The position numbers and the translations under genes were made by a program. From positions 416,001-480,000 of the forward strand of contig CAVTQK010000009.1 of assembly GCA_963736855.1 (NCBI GenBank): a stretch of 64,000 bases of DNA. Reading direction: 5' to 3'. The number at the start of each line of letters is the position of its first letter. The stretch's first letter is position 1. The DNA comes from an uncultured delta proteobacterium (GTDB lineage: Bacteria; Desulfobacterota; Desulfobacteria; Desulfobacterales; UBA2156). This document shows, in pieces, positions 62,610 through 64,000 of the stretch. The notes beneath the pieces were generated by a model, which did not search any database, was not told the origin of the DNA, and saw nothing but the letters and a program-made list of their open reading frames with translations.

Positions 62610-63140
62610 TTATTGGATCAAGACCTCGTCCACCCCGTCCAGTTCCGTTAAAAGGACATTGACCGTCTCCGACCGCCGTGTTTCCACTGTCTTGCCGATA
62701 TAGTCGGCATGGATGGGAAGCTCCCGGTGCCCTCGGTCGATGAGCACCGCCAGCTCGATCCGGTCGGGCCTGCCGAAATCAATGAGGGCGTCCATGGCGG
62801 CCCGGGTGGTCCGGCCGGTAAACAGGACATCATCCACCAGGATGATCTGCTTGCCGTCCACGGAAAAGGAGATGTCCGTGGCCTGGACCACCGGATTGAC
62901 GCTGGCCTTGGTCCAGTCGTCCCGGTAAAGGGTGATGTCGATGATTCCCATCGGGATCTCCACCCCTTCGATATCCCGGATGTTGCGCCGGATCCGCTCG
63001 GAAAGATGCACACCGCGGGTTTGAATACCGACAAGCCCGATATTTTGGGTGCCTTTGTGAACTTCCAATATTTTATGCGTCATGCGCAACAGAATTCGCT
63101 TGATATCCTGGGCGTCCAGGATTGTTTCAGGGCGCTTCAT
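62610..63140 (-). CDS. pyrR: Pyrimidine regulatory protein / uracil phosphoribosyltransferase
   Basis: DITLYRDD, LVDDVLFTGRT, DRGHRELPI. Confidence 0.95.
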   Translation of the reverse strand: MKRPETILDAQDIKRILLRMTHKILEVHKGTQNIGLVGIQTRGVHLSERIRRNIRDIEGVEIPMGIIDITLYRDDWTKASVNPVVQATDISFSVDGKQIILVDDVLFTGRTTRAAMDALIDFGRPDRIELAVLIDRGHRELPIHADYIGKTVETRRSETVNVLLTELDGVDEVLIQ

Positions 63141-63312
63141 GATCCCACCCCCGACCGACTTTCAATTTTCATAAGACCGTCAGTACCGGCATATACCACA
63201 CCGTGCGTTTAAAATAGAAACCTTTACTTGATCCTAACCGATATCCCAATTATAGTAAAGGATAAACCTTTAATGGATCGATATCACCCCACACTTTCAA
63301 AGACGATGGAAT

Positions 63313-63921
63313 ATGAGAAATCCATGTACCGGCGTGATCCTGGCAGGCGGCCGGAATTCGCGTTTCGGCGGTCAAAATAAAGCCTTCATCACCCTATACG
63401 GGAAGACCGTTTTAGATTATATCCTGGATACGTTTTCAGGCCTGTTTCAGGATGTTCTTCTCATCACCAAGACTCCATTGGATTATCTTCAATACGACAT
63501 CCATATTGCCACCGACATTTTTCCGACATCCAGTTCCATGGCGGGTGTGCACGCCGGCCTGTTTTATTCGGAAACACCATTTGCATTTTTTGCGGCCTGT
63601 GATACGCCCTTTTTAAAAAAAGAAATGATTCAAACCATATTGGACCACATCGAAGCCGGATGCGACGCCGTCATGCCGGAGACCGAAGCCGGGTTGGAAC
63701 CCCTGTGTGCGGCTTATTCCAAAAACTGCCTTCCCCTGATTGAAAGCCACATTCGTCAAAATCGGGTTAAAATCCTTCGCGTGTTTGAGAAAAAACGCGT
63801 TATCCGAGTTTCCGAAAACGTGTTACGCCAAAAAGATCCGGATCTGATCTCTTTCTTCAATATGAATACACCTGAGGATTTAAAAAAGGCCGAAAGTTTG
63901 ATGGGATTTCAACTGGAATAA
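63313..63921 (+). CDS. mobA: Molybdenum cofactor guanylyltransferase
   Basis: ILAGG..SRFG..KA, ACDTPF, EPL.A.Y, N.NTPED. Confidence 0.92.
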   Translation: MRNPCTGVILAGGRNSRFGGQNKAFITLYGKTVLDYILDTFSGLFQDVLLITKTPLDYLQYDIHIATDIFPTSSSMAGVHAGLFYSETPFAFFAACDTPFLKKEMIQTILDHIEAGCDAVMPETEAGLEPLCAAYSKNCLPLIESHIRQNRVKILRVFEKKRVIRVSENVLRQKDPDLISFFNMNTPEDLKKAESLMGFQLE

Positions 63922-64000
63922 AAAAGGGGGGCCGCGCTTTCTTTATGAACAGGCCCATGTAAGTGCTTTACCTTCGAAGTCCATGGGAGATCAAATGGAT

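Noticed and set aside
1870..63212. Long antisense or alternate-frame ORFs (e.g. 4516-5322, 9902-10747, 20028-20918, 24032-24940, 51985-52767)
   Set aside because: They shadow well-supported genes, have no recognisable motifs and are expected from GC-rich codon usage

Overview
Bacterial chromosomal window, most likely a sulfate-reducing Desulfobacterota (inferred from gene order and protein styles, not a database search). Most of it is housekeeping: gltB-like/carA/carB/purF/radical SAM; gltX; rpmF-ACAD-fabG-acpP-fabF; rpiB-glyA-deaminase-nrdR-ribD/E/BA/H-nusB; ispG-proS-rel; rpmB, bamD, trxA; purN; ffh-rpsP-khpA-rimM-trmD-SPOUT-rplS-rnhB-yraN-rsmI-PPTase; rlmN; TetR-RND pump; nth, csp, moaB, pyrR, mobA. 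There are two accessory regions. (1) A ~5 kb mosaic island (~9.2-14.2 kb) is built from fragments of IS4, IS110, IS91 and IS630 elements. It holds a duplicated chimeric IS junction and two 80-bp IS91 ori-like ends, each directly followed by an intact passenger gene, plus a degenerate integron attC site in front of an AT-rich DsrE-family gene and a GC-rich Bcr/CflA exporter. (2) An AT-rich islet (~29-30.8 kb) carries a methyltransferase and a nonsense-interrupted acetyltransferase. The best candidates for new biology are the IS91-ori/attC gene-capture array and an acyl-CoA-dehydrogenase-family gene sitting where plsX-fabH-fabD normally lie in the fatty-acid synthesis operon. No rRNA, tRNA or CRISPR array was seen.
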